Below are positions 1-11,222 of a stretch of DNA of 64,000 bases, piece by piece. Location of the stretch: the NCBI RefSeq assembly GCF_058153355.1, contig NZ_CM177019.1. One strand, written 5' to 3'. Each line of letters begins with the position of its first letter. Position 1 is the stretch's first letter. The notes beneath the pieces are model-generated. The model was not told the origin of the DNA, ran no database searches, and was given only the letters and a program-made list of their open reading frames with translations. The translations under genes and the position numbers were made by a program.

Positions 1-563
1 GTTGCATAAGAGGCAAATGTGGAGTCGAGGATCACTGCACGTATGCCCTCACGATCACCCTGACCAACAACATCAAGAATATTCGCCCCGCCAATACTCT
101 GCCCGAACAGTACCAGTCGTTGTGGGTTTACATCACTGCGATGGCGCACCACATTGATGGCACTTAGCGTATCGTCCAGCAATCCGGCCTGAGACGGTGT
201 GCCTTTTGATTTACCAAACCCGCGATAATCAAACATAAAAACGTTGAAATTACGCTCGGGTAACCAACTGACCAGCGGCCAGTGGGCGGACATATTTCCG
301 GCATTGCCGTGAGCATGAATGATGGTTGCGATGGCGTTGTCAGCGGGGCCTGTCGAAGAAGGGATAAACCAGCCTTGCAGACGAGTACCGTCCTTAGCTG
401 TAAATTCGACGGATTCCGCCGACCAGGGGTCGGGACCGTAAATTTTGTCGTCGGGATAATAGAAGAAGTTGATGGCAACGCGCGGCACTAAATAAACGCA
501 GAAGGCAACAACAAAGAGAATAAACAGAATTTTGAGAACGCGTGTGTTCACTGGCAGTGCCAT
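1..563 (-). CDS. yfhR: alpha/beta-hydrolase family protein YfhR; 3' end lies beyond the window start
   Basis: Manual reverse-strand translation from ATG (complement of 561..563) gives MALPVNTRVLKILFILFVVAFCVYL... with HGNAGN and a GQSIGG nucleophile elbow (GxSxG). No stop before position 1. Position upstream of suhB matches K-12 synteny. Confidence 0.7.
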   Translation of the reverse strand, partial: MALPVNTRVLKILFILFVVAFCVYLVPRVAINFFYYPDDKIYGPDPWSAESVEFTAKDGTRLQGWFIPSSTGPADNAIATIIHAHGNAGNMSAHWPLVSWLPERNFNVFMFDYRGFGKSKGTPSQAGLLDDTLSAINVVRHRSDVNPQRLVLFGQSIGGANILDVVGQGDREGIRAVILDSTFASYA

Positions 564-707
564 AACCTTTCCTTGCGACTTCTTTATCATCCATTAATCG
601 GGGAAAGATGGTGGGAGAGTGACGAAAGAAAGTAAAGCAGAGCGGAAGCATTTCGGAATAGCGCCTGAAAGGCGAGGGCGGGTGAGAGAAATCACCCGCC
701 AGAGAAA

Positions 708-1511
708 TTAACGCTTCAGGGCGTCGCTTAACTCGTCACGCATGTTCGCCAGCATGGCTTTAACAACGCGCGGGTTACCGGCAACGATGTTACCGGTCAG
801 CATGTAGTTATGACCACCGGTGAAGTCGCTGACGATACCGCCCGCTTCACGAACCAGCAGCTCACCTGCGGCGAAATCCCACGGACGCAGACCGATTTCA
901 AAGAAACCGTCAACACGACCTGCGGCAACGTAAGCCAGATCCAGCGCCGCAGAACCAGTACGACGGAAGTCTGCACATTCGTTGAACAGTTTGCCGACGA
1001 TGTTGATGTAAGTGGTAGCGTACTGTTTTGCTTTGAACGGGAAGCCGGTCGCCAGAATAGTACCGTCGAGATCGCGAGCTGTGCTGCCGCGCAGACGGTA
1101 GCCGTTCAGCTGTGCGCCCTGACCGCGAGTCGCGGTGAACAGTTCGTTACGCATAGGATCATAAACCACAGCAACTTCAGTGCGGCCTTTGATACGAACG
1201 GCAATAGATACCGCGAAGTGCGGCAGGCGTTTGATAAAGTTGGTAGTGCCATCCAGTGGATCGATAACCCATTGAACATCCTGATCGGTACCTTCAAGTT
1301 CACCGCTTTCTTCGGTGATGATGGTGTGCTGTGGGTAAGATTTACGAATCGTGTCGATAATCACCGCTTCGGCAGCTTTATCTACGTTGGTCACGAAATC
1401 GTTACTGCCTTTCTGGCTCGCTTCTACAGCGTCCGGGGTTTCATAGTTTTTGGCAATTAAATTACCCGCCTTGCGCGCTGCGCGCACGGCGATGTTCAGC
1501 ATCGGATGCAT
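708..1511 (-). CDS. suhB: inositol monophosphatase / NusA-associated antiterminator factor SuhB
   Basis: 267-aa ORF with IMPase-family motifs (DPLDGT, WDFAAG); expected position next to trmJ. Confidence 0.95.
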   Translation of the reverse strand: MHPMLNIAVRAARKAGNLIAKNYETPDAVEASQKGSNDFVTNVDKAAEAVIIDTIRKSYPQHTIITEESGELEGTDQDVQWVIDPLDGTTNFIKRLPHFAVSIAVRIKGRTEVAVVYDPMRNELFTATRGQGAQLNGYRLRGSTARDLDGTILATGFPFKAKQYATTYINIVGKLFNECADFRRTGSAALDLAYVAAGRVDGFFEIGLRPWDFAAGELLVREAGGIVSDFTGGHNYMLTGNIVAGNPRVVKAMLANMRDELSDALKR

Positions 1512-1629
1512 CGGTCTCTCTCACTGGATGTTAAAGAACGGGAAAACGGCGCAGAGTATAGCAGCGAGATCGGCATCTGTCTTCGTTTTATGATAAGATG
1601 CGTGAATAATCTTTAGATGAAGAAAGACA

Positions 1630-2370
1630 ATGCTGCAAAATATTCGAATTGTGCTGGTGGAGACGTCACACACCGGTAATATGGGTTCTGTTGCCCGTGC
1701 CATGAAAACAATGGGCTTAACCAATCTGTGGCTGGTTAATCCACTAGTGAAACCTGACTCCCAGGCGATTGCTCTGGCAGCAGGGGCCAGCGATGTGATT
1801 GGTAATGCTCACATTGTCGATACACTCGACGAAGCGTTAGCCGGTTGTAGCCTGGTGGTTGGCACCAGTGCACGCTCGCGCACGCTGCCGTGGCCGATGC
1901 TCGACCCGCGCGAATGCGGTTTGAAAAGCGTCGCTGAAGCGGCAAATACGCCGGTGGCACTGGTTTTTGGTCGTGAGCGTGTCGGCTTGACCAATGAAGA
2001 GTTGCAAAAGTGCCATTATCATGTCGCCATTGCCGCTAACCCGGAATACAGTTCGCTTAACCTGGCGATGGCTGTTCAGGTTATTGCCTATGAAGTGCGC
2101 ATGGCCTGGCTGGCGACTCAGGAGAACAGCGAGCAGGTTGAACATGACGAGACGCCGTATCCGCTGGTCGATGATCTGGAACGTTTTTACGGTCATCTTG
2201 AACAAACGCTGCTGGCAACCGGCTTTATCCGTGAAAACCATCCGGGGCAGGTGATGAATAAGCTGCGTCGTCTGTTTACCCGTGCGCGCCCGGAAAGCCA
2301 GGAGTTGAATATCCTGCGCGGGATTCTGGCTTCTATTGAGCAGCAGAATAAAGGTAACAAGGCCGAATAA
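1630..2370 (+). CDS. trmJ: tRNA (cytidine/uridine-2'-O)-methyltransferase TrmJ (SpoU family)
   Basis: 246-aa ORF, SpoU/TrmH-like sequence; divergent from suhB as in K-12. Confidence 0.9.
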   Translation: MLQNIRIVLVETSHTGNMGSVARAMKTMGLTNLWLVNPLVKPDSQAIALAAGASDVIGNAHIVDTLDEALAGCSLVVGTSARSRTLPWPMLDPRECGLKSVAEAANTPVALVFGRERVGLTNEELQKCHYHVAIAANPEYSSLNLAMAVQVIAYEVRMAWLATQENSEQVEHDETPYPLVDDLERFYGHLEQTLLATGFIRENHPGQVMNKLRRLFTRARPESQELNILRGILASIEQQNKGNKAE

Positions 2371-2377
2371 CCGAGGT

Positions 2378-2450
2378 TGCCTGATACGGCGCTTAACGCG
2401 TCTTGTCAGGCCTACATTGTACTGAACCCCTGGTCGGATAAAGTGTTTAC
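2378..2450. repeat. REP / BIME-like palindromic units
   Basis: gcctgatacggcgcttaacgcgtcttgtcaggcctac followed by a degenerate second unit (cggataaagtgtttacgccgcacccgaca); typical enterobacterial REP shape, located 3' of trmJ. Confidence 0.5.
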
Positions 2451-2524
2451 GCCGCACCCGACAACAGGTACAAACGCCACGATAAAAAAATGGCACTGAA
2501 GGTTAAATACCCGACTAAATCAGT

Positions 2525-2610
2525 CAAGTAAATAGTTGACCAATTTACTCGGGAATGTCAGACTTGACCCTGCTATGCAATACCCCCACTTTTACAATAA
2601 AAAACCCCGG
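2525..2610 (+). promoter_or_regulatory. iscR promoter / IscR autoregulatory operator region
   Basis: Sequence immediately upstream of iscR with TTGACC-type -35 candidates and AT-rich tract (aaatagttgaccaatttactcgggaatgtcagacttgaccc). IscR autorepression of isc is established knowledge; exact site boundaries not verified. Confidence 0.4.
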
Positions 2611-2639
2611 GCAGGGGCGAGTTTGAGGTGAAGTAAGAC

Positions 2640-3128
2640 ATGAGACTGACATCTAAAGGGCGCTATGCCGTGACCGCAATGCTTGACGTTGCGCTCAACT
2701 CTGAAGCGGGCCCGGTACCGTTGGCTGATATTTCCGAACGTCAGGGAATTTCCCTTTCTTATCTGGAACAACTGTTTTCCCGTCTGCGTAAAAATGGTCT
2801 GGTTTCCAGCGTACGCGGACCAGGCGGTGGTTATCTGTTAGGCAAAGATGCCAGCAGCATCGCCGTTGGCGAAGTGATTAGCGCCGTTGATGAATCTGTA
2901 GATGCCACCCGTTGTCAGGGTAAAGGCGGCTGCCAGGGGGGCGATAAATGCCTGACCCACGCGCTTTGGCGTGATTTGAGCGACCGTCTCACCGGTTTTC
3001 TCAACAACATTACTTTAGGCGAACTGGTTAATAACCAGGAAGTGCTGGATGTATCTGGTCGTCAGCATACTCACGACGCGCCACGCACCCGCACACAAGA
3101 CGCGATCGACGTTAAGTTACGCGCTTAA
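2640..3128 (+). CDS. iscR: Fe-S cluster regulator IscR (Rrf2 family)
   Basis: 162-aa [22 protein letters not shown]... with helix-turn-helix N-terminus and Cys cluster ([13 protein letters not shown]). Confidence 0.95.
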
Positions 3129-3149
3129 TTTAACCGTCCTGTTTCGTGT

Positions 3150-3225
3150 TGCATCTGCGTTGACTGCACATACTCACTCCGGTCACTTACTTATGTAAGC
3201 TCCCGGAGATTCGTAAGTTTGTCAA
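3150..3225. repeat. ERIC/IRU-like element fragment in the iscR–iscS spacer
   Basis: gtcacttacttatgtaagctcccggagattc resembles the ERIC core (GTCACTTACTTATGTAAGCTCCTGGGGATTCAC as recalled); the spacer is 240 nt. Confidence 0.4.
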
Positions 3226-3368
3226 CTTGCTGAAACCCGAAACAGTTAGGTTAAAGATAACAAGATATTAGAATCAGGCCGGGGCGTCTCGCGCTCCGTA
3301 AACACGGTCGTACATCCAGCCGGTAGCCTGGTTCCTTGCATTGAGTGATGTACGGAGTTTATAGAGCA

Positions 3369-4583
3369 ATGAAATTACCGATTTATCTCGACTACTCCGC
3401 AACCACGCCGGTGGACCCGCGTGTTGCCGAGAAAATGATGCAGTTTATGACGATGGATGGAACTTTTGGTAACCCGGCCTCCCGTTCTCACCGTTTCGGC
3501 TGGCAGGCTGAAGAAGCGGTAGATATCGCTCGTAATCAGATTGCCGATCTGGTTGGCGCTGATCCGCGAGAAATCGTCTTTACCTCTGGTGCTACCGAAT
3601 CTGACAACCTGGCGATCAAAGGTGCTGCTAACTTTTATCAGAAAAAAGGCAAGCACATCATCACCAGCAAAACCGAACACAAAGCGGTACTGGATACCTG
3701 CCGTCAGCTGGAGCGCGAAGGTTTTGAAGTCACTTACCTGGCACCGCAGCGTAACGGTATTATCGACCTGAAAGAACTCGAAGCAGCGATGCGTGATGAC
3801 ACCATCCTTGTTTCCATCATGCACGTAAATAACGAAATCGGCGTGGTGCAGGATATCGCGGCTATCGGTGAAATGTGCCGTGCTCGTGGCATTATCTATC
3901 ACGTTGATGCAACCCAGAGCGTGGGCAAACTGCCTATCGACCTGAGCCAGTTGAAAGTTGACCTGATGTCTTTCTCCGGTCACAAAATCTACGGCCCGAA
4001 AGGTATCGGTGCGCTGTATGTGCGTCGTAAACCGCGCGTACGTATCGAAGCACAAATGCACGGCGGCGGTCACGAGCGCGGTATGCGTTCCGGTACTCTG
4101 CCTGTTCACCAGATCGTCGGGATGGGCGAAGCCTATCGCATCGCAAAAGAAGAGATGGCGACCGAGATGGAACGCCTGCGCGGCCTGCGTAACCGTCTGT
4201 GGAACGGCATCAAAGATATCGAAGAAGTTTACCTGAACGGTGACCTGGAACACGGTGCGCCGAACATTCTCAACGTCAGCTTTAACTACGTTGAAGGTGA
4301 GTCGCTGATTATGGCGCTGAAAGACCTTGCGGTTTCTTCCGGTTCTGCCTGTACGTCAGCAAGCCTCGAACCGTCCTACGTGCTGCGCGCGCTGGGGCTG
4401 AACGACGAGCTGGCACATAGCTCTATCCGTTTCTCTTTAGGTCGTTTTACTACTGAAGAAGAGATCGACTACACCATCGAGTTAGTTCGTAAATCCATCG
4501 GTCGTCTGCGTGACCTTTCTCCGCTGTGGGAAATGTACAAGCAGGGCGTGGATCTGAACAGCATCGAATGGGCACATCATTAA
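3369..4583 (+). CDS. iscS: cysteine desulfurase IscS
   Basis: ORF track 3345..4583; conserved start [16 protein letters not shown] at 3369 (404 aa); PLP-dependent class V aminotransferase motifs ([12 protein letters not shown]). Confidence 0.95.
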
Positions 4584-4610
4584 TCGGTATCGGAATCAGG
4601 AGAATTTATA

Positions 4611-4997
4611 ATGGCTTACAGCGAAAAAGTTATCGATCATTACGAGAATCCGCGTAACGTGGGTTCCTTCGACAACAACGACGAGAACGTGGGCAGCGGC
4701 ATGGTGGGTGCACCGGCCTGTGGCGACGTGATGAAGTTGCAGATTAAAGTCAACGATGAAGGTATCATTGAAGACGCGCGTTTTAAAACTTACGGCTGCG
4801 GTTCCGCTATCGCTTCCAGCTCCCTGGTCACCGAATGGGTGAAAGGGAAGTCTCTCGACGAAGCACAGGCGATCAAAAACACCGATATTGCTGAAGAACT
4901 TGAACTGCCGCCGGTGAAAATTCACTGTTCTATTCTGGCAGAAGACGCGATCAAAGCCGCCATTGCGGACTATAAAAGCAAACGTGAAGCAAAATAA
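4611..4997 (+). CDS. iscU: Fe-S cluster scaffold IscU
   Basis: 128-aa ORF with the three conserved Cys (GAPACGDV, GCGSAIASS, HCSILAEDA). Confidence 0.95.
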   Translation: MAYSEKVIDHYENPRNVGSFDNNDENVGSGMVGAPACGDVMKLQIKVNDEGIIEDARFKTYGCGSAIASSSLVTEWVKGKSLDEAQAIKNTDIAEELELPPVKIHCSILAEDAIKAAIADYKSKREAK

Positions 4998-5013
4998 GAG
5001 TTGAGGTTTGGTT

Positions 5014-5337
5014 ATGTCGATTACACTGAGCGACAGTGCAGCAGCGCGAGTAAATACCTTTCTGGCTAACCGCGGCAAAGGGTTTGGCCTGCGTCTGGGT
5101 GTGAGAACCTCCGGATGTTCAGGTATGGCTTATGTACTGGAATTTGTTGACGAACCGACGCCGGAAGACATCGTGTTTGAAGACAAAGGCGTGAAAGTCG
5201 TGGTCGATGGCAAAAGCCTGCAATTTCTGGACGGTACGCAACTGGATTTCGTAAAAGAAGGCCTGAACGAAGGGTTTAAATTTACCAACCCGAACGTCAA
5301 AGATGAGTGTGGTTGCGGCGAAAGCTTCCACGTTTGA
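5014..5337 (+). CDS. iscA: Fe-S cluster A-type carrier IscA
   Basis: ATG at 5014 (track ORF begins at TTG 5008); 107 aa ending ...CGCGESFHV with the conserved Cys triad. Confidence 0.95.
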   Translation: MSITLSDSAAARVNTFLANRGKGFGLRLGVRTSGCSGMAYVLEFVDEPTPEDIVFEDKGVKVVVDGKSLQFLDGTQLDFVKEGLNEGFKFTNPNVKDECGCGESFHV

Positions 5338-5432
5338 TGCGCATACCGATAACCCCACCGTGGTCAGCTGCGCGTGGGGTTTGTTTTACCTGATTCGTCG
5401 TTATTGCGGCGGATCGCAGCCCTGAGAATGTT

Positions 5433-5948
5433 ATGGATTACTTCACCCTCTTTGGCTTGCCTGCCCGTTATCAACTCGATACCCAGGCACTGAGCCTGCG
5501 TTTTCAGGATCTACAACGTCAGTATCATCCTGATAAATTCGCCAGCGGAAGCCAGGCGGAACAACTCGCCGCCGTACAGCAATCTGCAACCATTAACCAG
5601 GCCTGGCAAACGCTGCGTCATCCGTTAATGCGCGCGGAATATTTACTTTCTTTGCACGGTTTTGATCTCGCCAGTGAGCAGCATACTGTGCGCGACACCG
5701 CGTTCCTGATGGAACAGCTGGAGCTGCGCGAAGAACTGGACGAGATCGAACAGGCGAAAGATGAAGCGCGGCTGGAAAGCTTTATCAAACGTGTGAAAAA
5801 GATGTTTGATACCCGCCATCAGTTGATGGTTGAACAGTTAGACAACGAGACGTGGGACGCGGCGGCGGATACCGTGCGTAAGCTGCGTTTTCTCGATAAA
5901 CTGCGAAGCAGTGCCGAACAACTCGAAGAAAAACTGCTCGATTTTTAA
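5433..5948 (+). CDS. hscB: J-domain co-chaperone HscB
   Basis: 171-aa ORF with J-domain HPD motif (QYHPDKF). Confidence 0.95.
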   Translation: MDYFTLFGLPARYQLDTQALSLRFQDLQRQYHPDKFASGSQAEQLAAVQQSATINQAWQTLRHPLMRAEYLLSLHGFDLASEQHTVRDTAFLMEQLELREELDEIEQAKDEARLESFIKRVKKMFDTRHQLMVEQLDNETWDAAADTVRKLRFLDKLRSSAEQLEEKLLDF

Positions 5949-5964
5949 TTTCTGGAAGCTAAAC

Positions 5965-7815
5965 ATGGCCTTATTACAAATTAGTGAACCTGGTTTGAGT
6001 GCTGCGCCGCATCAGCGTCGTCTGGCGGCCGGTATTGACCTGGGCACAACCAACTCGCTGGTGGCGACAGTACGCAGCGGTCAGGCCGAAACGTTAGCCG
6101 ACCATGAAGGCCGTCACCTGCTGCCCTCTGTTGTTCACTATCAACAGCAGGGGCATTCGGTGGGTTATGACGCGCGCACTAACGCAGCGCTTGACACCGC
6201 CAACACCATTAGTTCTGTTAAACGCCTGATGGGGCGCTCGCTGGCTGATATCCAGCAACGCTACCCGCATTTGCCTTATCAATTCCAGGCCAGCGAAAAC
6301 GGCTTGCCGATGATTGAAACAGCAGCGGGATTGCTGAATCTGGTGCGCGTTTCTGCGGACATCCTCAAAGCACTGGCGGCGCGGGCAACTGAAGCCCTGG
6401 CAGGCGACTTGGATGGTGTCGTTATCACCGTTCCGGCGTACTTTGACGATGCCCAGCGTCAGGGCACCAAAGACGCGGCGCGTTTGGCTGGGCTGCATGT
6501 TCTGCGCTTGCTTAACGAACCGACCGCTGCGGCTATCGCCTACGGACTGGACTCCGGTCAGGAAGGCGTGATCGCTGTTTATGACCTCGGTGGCGGGACG
6601 TTTGATATTTCCATTCTTCGCTTAAGTCGCGGCGTGTTCGAAGTGCTGGCGACCGGCGGTGATTCCGCGCTCGGCGGCGATGACTTTGACCATCTGTTAG
6701 CAGATTACATTCGCGAACAGGCGGGCATTCCTGACCGTAGCGATAACCGCGTTCAGCGTGAACTGCTGGATGCCGCCATTGCGGCCAAAATCGCGCTGAG
6801 CGATGCGGACTCTGTGACCGTGAATGTTGCGGGCTGGCAGGGTGAAATCAGCCGTGAACAATTCAATGAACTGATCGCGCCATTGGTAAAACGAACCTTA
6901 CTGGCTTGTCGTCGTGCGCTGAAAGACGCGGGCGTAGAAGCTGATGAAGTGCTGGAAGTGGTGATGGTTGGTGGTTCTACCCGCGTGCCGCTGGTGCGTG
7001 AACGGGTGGGTGAATTTTTCGGTCGTCCACCGCTGACTTCCATCGACCCGGATAAAGTCGTCGCTATTGGCGCGGCGATTCAGGCGGATATTCTGGTGGG
7101 TAACAAGCCGGACAGCGAAATGCTGTTGCTTGATGTGATCCCGCTGTCGCTGGGCCTCGAAACCATGGGTGGCCTGGTGGAGAAAGTGATCCCGCGTAAC
7201 ACCACAATTCCGGTGGCGCGCGCCCAGGATTTCACCACCTTTAAAGATGGTCAGACGGCGATGTCTATCCATGTAATGCAGGGCGAGCGTGAACTGGTGC
7301 AGGACTGTCGCTCGCTGGCGCGTTTTGCGCTGCGTGGTATTCCGGCGCTACCGGCTGGCGGCGCGCATATTCGCGTAACGTTTCAGGTCGATGCTGATGG
7401 TCTTTTGAGCGTGACGGCGATGGAGAAATCCACCGGCGTTGAGGCGTCTATTCAGGTTAAACCGTCTTATGGTCTGACCGACAGTGAAATCGCCTCGATG
7501 ATCAAAGACTCAATGAGCTATGCCGAGCAGGACGTAAAAGCCCGTATGCTGGCTGAACAAAAAGTAGAAGCGGCGCGTGTGCTGGAAAGTTTGCACGGCG
7601 CGCTGGCTGCTGATGCCGCGCTGTTAAGCGCCGCAGAACGTCAGGTCATTGACGATGCTGCCGCTCACCTGAGTGAAGTGGCGCAGGGCGATGATGTTGA
7701 CGCCATCGAACAAGCGATTAAAAACGTAGACAAACAAACCCAGGATTTCGCCGCTCGCCGCATGGACCAGTCGGTTCGTCGTGCGCTGAAGGGCCATTCC
7801 GTGGACGAGGTTTAA
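5965..7815 (+). CDS. hscA: Hsp70-type chaperone HscA
   Basis: ATG at 5965 gives 616 aa [11 protein letters not shown]...; Hsp70 signatures ([16 protein letters not shown]). Confidence 0.95.
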   Translation: MALLQISEPGLSAAPHQRRLAAGIDLGTTNSLVATVRSGQAETLADHEGRHLLPSVVHYQQQGHSVGYDARTNAALDTANTISSVKRLMGRSLADIQQRYPHLPYQFQASENGLPMIETAAGLLNLVRVSADILKALAARATEALAGDLDGVVITVPAYFDDAQRQGTKDAARLAGLHVLRLLNEPTAAAIAYGLDSGQEGVIAVYDLGGGTFDISILRLSRGVFEVLATGGDSALGGDDFDHLLADYIREQAGIPDRSDNRVQRELLDAAIAAKIALSDADSVTVNVAGWQGEISREQFNELIAPLVKRTLLACRRALKDAGVEADEVLEVVMVGGSTRVPLVRERVGEFFGRPPLTSIDPDKVVAIGAAIQADILVGNKPDSEMLLLDVIPLSLGLETMGGLVEKVIPRNTTIPVARAQDFTTFKDGQTAMSIHVMQGERELVQDCRSLARFALRGIPALPAGGAHIRVTFQVDADGLLSVTAMEKSTGVEASIQVKPSYGLTDSEIASMIKDSMSYAEQDVKARMLAEQKVEAARVLESLHGALAADAALLSAAERQVIDDAAAHLSEVAQGDDVDAIEQAIKNVDKQTQDFAARRMDQSVRRALKGHSVDEV

Positions 7816-7816
7816 T

Positions 7817-8152
7817 ATGCCAAAGATTGTTATTTTGCCTCATCAGGATCTCTGTCCTGATGGCGCTGTTCTGGAAGCGAATAGCGGTGAAACCATTCTC
7901 GACGTTGCGCTGCGTAACGGCATCGAGATTGAACACGCCTGTGAAAAATCCTGTGCTTGCACCACCTGCCACTGCATCGTTCGTGAAGGTTTTGATTCGC
8001 TGCCGGAAAGCTCAGAGCAGGAAGACGACATGCTGGACAAAGCCTGGGGGCTGGAGCCGGAAAGCCGTTTAAGCTGCCAGGCGCGCGTTACCGACGAAGA
8101 TTTAGTGGTCGAAATTCCGCGTTACACTATCAACCATGCGCGTGAGCATTAA
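7817..8152 (+). CDS. fdx: [2Fe-2S] ferredoxin Fdx
   Basis: 111-aa ORF with Cys cluster ([12 protein letters not shown] ... C). Confidence 0.95.
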
Positions 8153-8163
8153 CAGAGGTTAGT

Positions 8164-8364
8164 ATGGGACTTAAGTGGACCGATAGCCGCGAAATTGGCG
8201 AAGCACTGTACGATGCATATCCCGATCTTGATCCGAAAACGGTTCGATTCACCGATATGCATCAGTGGATTTGCGATCTGGAAGATTTCGACGACGACCC
8301 GCAGGCGTCCAACGAGAAAATCCTCGAAGCGATTTTATTAGTCTGGCTGGACGAAGCCGAGTGA
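8164..8364 (+). CDS. iscX: Fe-S assembly protein IscX
   Basis: 66-aa acidic ORF at the expected position after fdx. Confidence 0.9.
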
Positions 8365-8369
8365 TTTCC

Positions 8370-8500
8370 GCGTCATGCTTCACGCCGCAGATGCGTTGGC
8401 TGCGCTCGTTCACCCCAGTCACATAGTTATCTATGCTCCTGGGGCTTCACTCACTTGCCGCCTTCCTGCAACGCGAATCATTTAGCGGAAAAATCCTGGG
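8370..8500. repeat. ERIC/IRU element (enterobacterial repetitive intergenic consensus)
   Basis: cgttcaccccagtcacatagttatctatgctcctggggcttcac plus flanking cacgccgcagatgcgttggctgcgctc match the ERIC imperfect palindrome as recalled; lies in the iscX–pepB spacer. Confidence 0.55.
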
Positions 8501-8541
8501 GCTGCCAACTGGCGGCCCTTTTACAAATAAGGATAACTAAA

Positions 8542-9825
8542 ATGACAGAAGCGATGAAGATTACCCACTCGACCCAACCTGCCGACGCGCGCTGGGGAGA
8601 AAAAGCGACTTACAGCATTAATAATGATGGTATTACCCTGCATTTGAACGGGGCAGACGATCTGGGGCTGATCCAGCGTGCGGCGCGCAAGATTGACGGT
8701 CTGGGTATCAAGCATGTTCAGCTAAGCGGTGAAGGCTGGGATGCGGATCGTTGCTGGGCATTCTGGCAAGGTTACAAAGCCCCGAAAGGCACGCGTAAAG
8801 TGGAGTGGCCGGATCTGGACGATGCCCAGCGTCAGGAACTGGATAACCGCCTGATGATCATCGACTGGGTGCGTGACACCATCAACGCACCAGCAGAAGA
8901 ACTGGGGCCATCGCAACTGGCACAGCGTGCTGTTGATCTGATCAGCAACGTCGCAGGCGATCGTGTGACTTACCGGATCACCAAAGGTGAAGATCTTCGT
9001 GATCAAGGTTATATGGGGCTGCACACTGTCGGGCGTGGTTCAGAACGTTCCCCGGTATTGCTGGCGCTGGATTACAACCCAACTGGCGATAAAGAAGCGC
9101 CGGTGTACGCGTGCCTGGTAGGTAAAGGCATCACCTTTGATTCCGGCGGCTACAGCATCAAACAGACCGCGTTTATGGACTCAATGAAGTCTGACATGGG
9201 CGGTGCGGCAACGGTTACCGGGGCGCTGGCATTTGCCATTACGCGCGGTCTGAACAAGCGTGTGAAGCTGTTCCTCTGCTGTGCGGATAACCTGATTAGC
9301 GGCAACGCGTTCAAACTGGGGGATATCATTACCTATCGCAACGGTAAAAAAGTCGAAGTCATGAACACCGATGCGGAAGGGCGTCTGGTTCTGGCAGATG
9401 GCCTGATTGACGCCAGTGCGCAGAAACCGGAACTGATTATCGATGCCGCGACACTCACCGGTGCGGCGAAAACCGCGCTGGGTAATGATTATCACGCGCT
9501 GTTCAGTTTTGACGATGCATTGGCCGGTCGCCTACTGGAGAGTGCCGCCCAGGAGAACGAACCGTTCTGGCGTCTGCCGCTGGCGGAGTTCCACCGTAGC
9601 CAGCTGCCATCTAACTTTGCGGAACTGAACAATACCGGAAGCGCGGCGTATCCGGCGGGTGCAAGTACGGCGGCGGGCTTCCTGTCGCACTTTGTTGAGA
9701 ACTATAAACAAGGTTGGCTGCATATCGACTGTTCGGCGACTTACCGTAAAGCACCGGTTGAACAGTGGTCTGCGGGTGCGACCGGGCTGGGTGTGCGCAC
9801 GATTGCTAATCTGTTAACGGCGTAA
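8542..9825 (+). CDS. pepB: peptidase B (M17 leucyl aminopeptidase family) PepB
   Basis: Conserved start [10 protein letters not shown] at 8542 (427 aa); M17 motif NTDAEGRL present. Confidence 0.9.
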   Translation: MTEAMKITHSTQPADARWGEKATYSINNDGITLHLNGADDLGLIQRAARKIDGLGIKHVQLSGEGWDADRCWAFWQGYKAPKGTRKVEWPDLDDAQRQELDNRLMIIDWVRDTINAPAEELGPSQLAQRAVDLISNVAGDRVTYRITKGEDLRDQGYMGLHTVGRGSERSPVLLALDYNPTGDKEAPVYACLVGKGITFDSGGYSIKQTAFMDSMKSDMGGAATVTGALAFAITRGLNKRVKLFLCCADNLISGNAFKLGDIITYRNGKKVEVMNTDAEGRLVLADGLIDASAQKPELIIDAATLTGAAKTALGNDYHALFSFDDALAGRLLESAAQENEPFWRLPLAEFHRSQLPSNFAELNNTGSAAYPAGASTAAGFLSHFVENYKQGWLHIDCSATYRKAPVEQWSAGATGLGVRTIANLLTA

Positions 9826-9833
9826 ACTAATAT

Positions 9834-9935
<102 letters not shown>

Positions 9936-9967
9936 GTGCCCCGAACGTTGAATGAATTGTGGTTCTT

Positions 9968-10744
9968 ATGTCCGAAACAAAAAACGAACTTGAAGACCTG
10001 CTGGAAAAAGCAGCAACCGAACCGGCGCACCGCCCGGCCTTTTTCCGTACTCTACTGGAATCCACTGTCTGGGTACCAGGTACGGCGGCGCAGGGCGAGG
10101 CAGTGGCTGAAGATAGCGCGCTTGATTTACAGCACTGGGAAAAAGAAGACGGTACTAGCGTCATTCCTTTTTTCACCTCGTTAGAAGCACTGCAACAGGC
10201 GGTCGACGGCGAACAGGCGTTTGTCGTAATGCCCGTTCGCACACTGTTTGAGATGACCCTTGGCGAAACGCTCTTCCTTAATGCCAAATTGCCAACCGGT
10301 AAAGAGTTTATGCCGCGTGAAATCAGTTTGTTGATTGGTGAAGAAGGAAATCCGCTGAGCAGTCAGGAAGTACTGGAAGGCGGTGAATCGCTGATATTAT
10401 CGGAAGTCGCAGAGCCGCCAGCACAAATGATTGATTCACTTACCACCTTATTTAAAACCATTAAGCCGGTGAAGCGTGCTTTTATTTGTTCAATTAAAGA
10501 GAACGAAGAGGCACAGCCTAATTTACTTATTGGCATTGAAGCCGATGGCGATATCGAAGAAATTATTCAGGCGGCGGGAAGTGTAGCGACCGATACATTA
10601 CCTGGTGATGAACCAATAGATATTTGCCAGGTGAAAAAAGGGGAAAAAGGAATTAGCCACTTTATTACCGAACATATTGCGCCATTCTATGAACGTCGCT
10701 GGGGTGGATTCCTGCGTGATTTTAAACAGAATCGAATAATTTAA
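9968..10744 (+). CDS. sseB: SseB (enhanced serine sensitivity protein B)
   Basis: ATG at 9968 gives 258 aa MSETKNELEDLL...; matches remembered SseB N-terminus and K-12 synteny. Confidence 0.8.
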   Translation: MSETKNELEDLLEKAATEPAHRPAFFRTLLESTVWVPGTAAQGEAVAEDSALDLQHWEKEDGTSVIPFFTSLEALQQAVDGEQAFVVMPVRTLFEMTLGETLFLNAKLPTGKEFMPREISLLIGEEGNPLSSQEVLEGGESLILSEVAEPPAQMIDSLTTLFKTIKPVKRAFICSIKENEEAQPNLLIGIEADGDIEEIIQAAGSVATDTLPGDEPIDICQVKKGEKGISHFITEHIAPFYERRWGGFLRDFKQNRII

Positions 10745-10779
10745 AATATGCCGCCCCAAAGGGCGGCATTCGGGCTTAC

Positions 10780-11190
10780 TTGCTGTTCTGAAGGTTGTTA
10801 ACCATCAGTAAATTGTTGCCGGAGGGACTCCGGTTATTATTTACTTCGGAAAACAGCGCACCAGAAACAATAAGTACGATACAGAAGTACCGTATCTTCA
10901 TTGTGCGGTCCATGCGAAGACCGCATCACGACAGCACCACTGGCGATATTGCCGCGATAGCAAGCGCTGAGACGCGCTTGCCCTAACGGTCGCGGAACAT
11001 CCTTTCCTTAAGCCAGCGCCCGCTTGCGAGACGGCGGAAAGGGCCACAGTGGATAATACACTAACAGAACAATAATAACTCTCTTTTGCTTGACAGAAAG
11101 AGAGTTACTGGCGAGTATTGTCTTCGCTGAGACGCGCTTGCATTACTACGGTAATACAACCTGCTGGAAAGGCCGCGAACCAGACCAGCA
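10780..11190. ncRNA. candidate ryfA-family small-RNA locus (strand and ends unresolved)
   Basis: ~490-nt non-coding spacer between sseB and sseA with several strong stem-loops (e.g. 11-bp stem at 11076..11107) and an exact 17-nt repeat (10965..10981 and 11125..11141). In K-12 an sRNA (ryfA) is, to my recollection, annotated between sseA and sseB. Confidence 0.3.
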
Positions 11191-11222
11191 ATAAAAAACC
11201 GCCAAATTCGGCGGTTTTTTAT
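11191..11222. terminator. bidirectional rho-independent terminator
   Basis: aaaaaaccgccaaattcggcggtttttt: GC stem flanked by an A-run and a T-run, immediately 3' of sseA (minus strand). Confidence 0.7.

Noticed and set aside
164-478. 104-aa minus-strand ORF and 69-aa plus-strand ORF (282..491) at the window start
   Set aside because: Both are out of frame with the real gene here, the partial yfhR on the minus strand, which starts at 563 and was recovered by manual translation.
3375-4253. 292-aa minus-strand ORF
   Set aside because: Antisense to iscS, which is unambiguous.
10795-10986. 63-aa plus-strand ORF in the sseB–sseA spacer
   Set aside because: Non-ATG start, no ribosome-binding site, and a hydrophilic low-information translation that overlaps hairpins. 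The region is more plausibly non-coding RNA; the minus-strand 41-codon ORF is kept only as a hypothesis.
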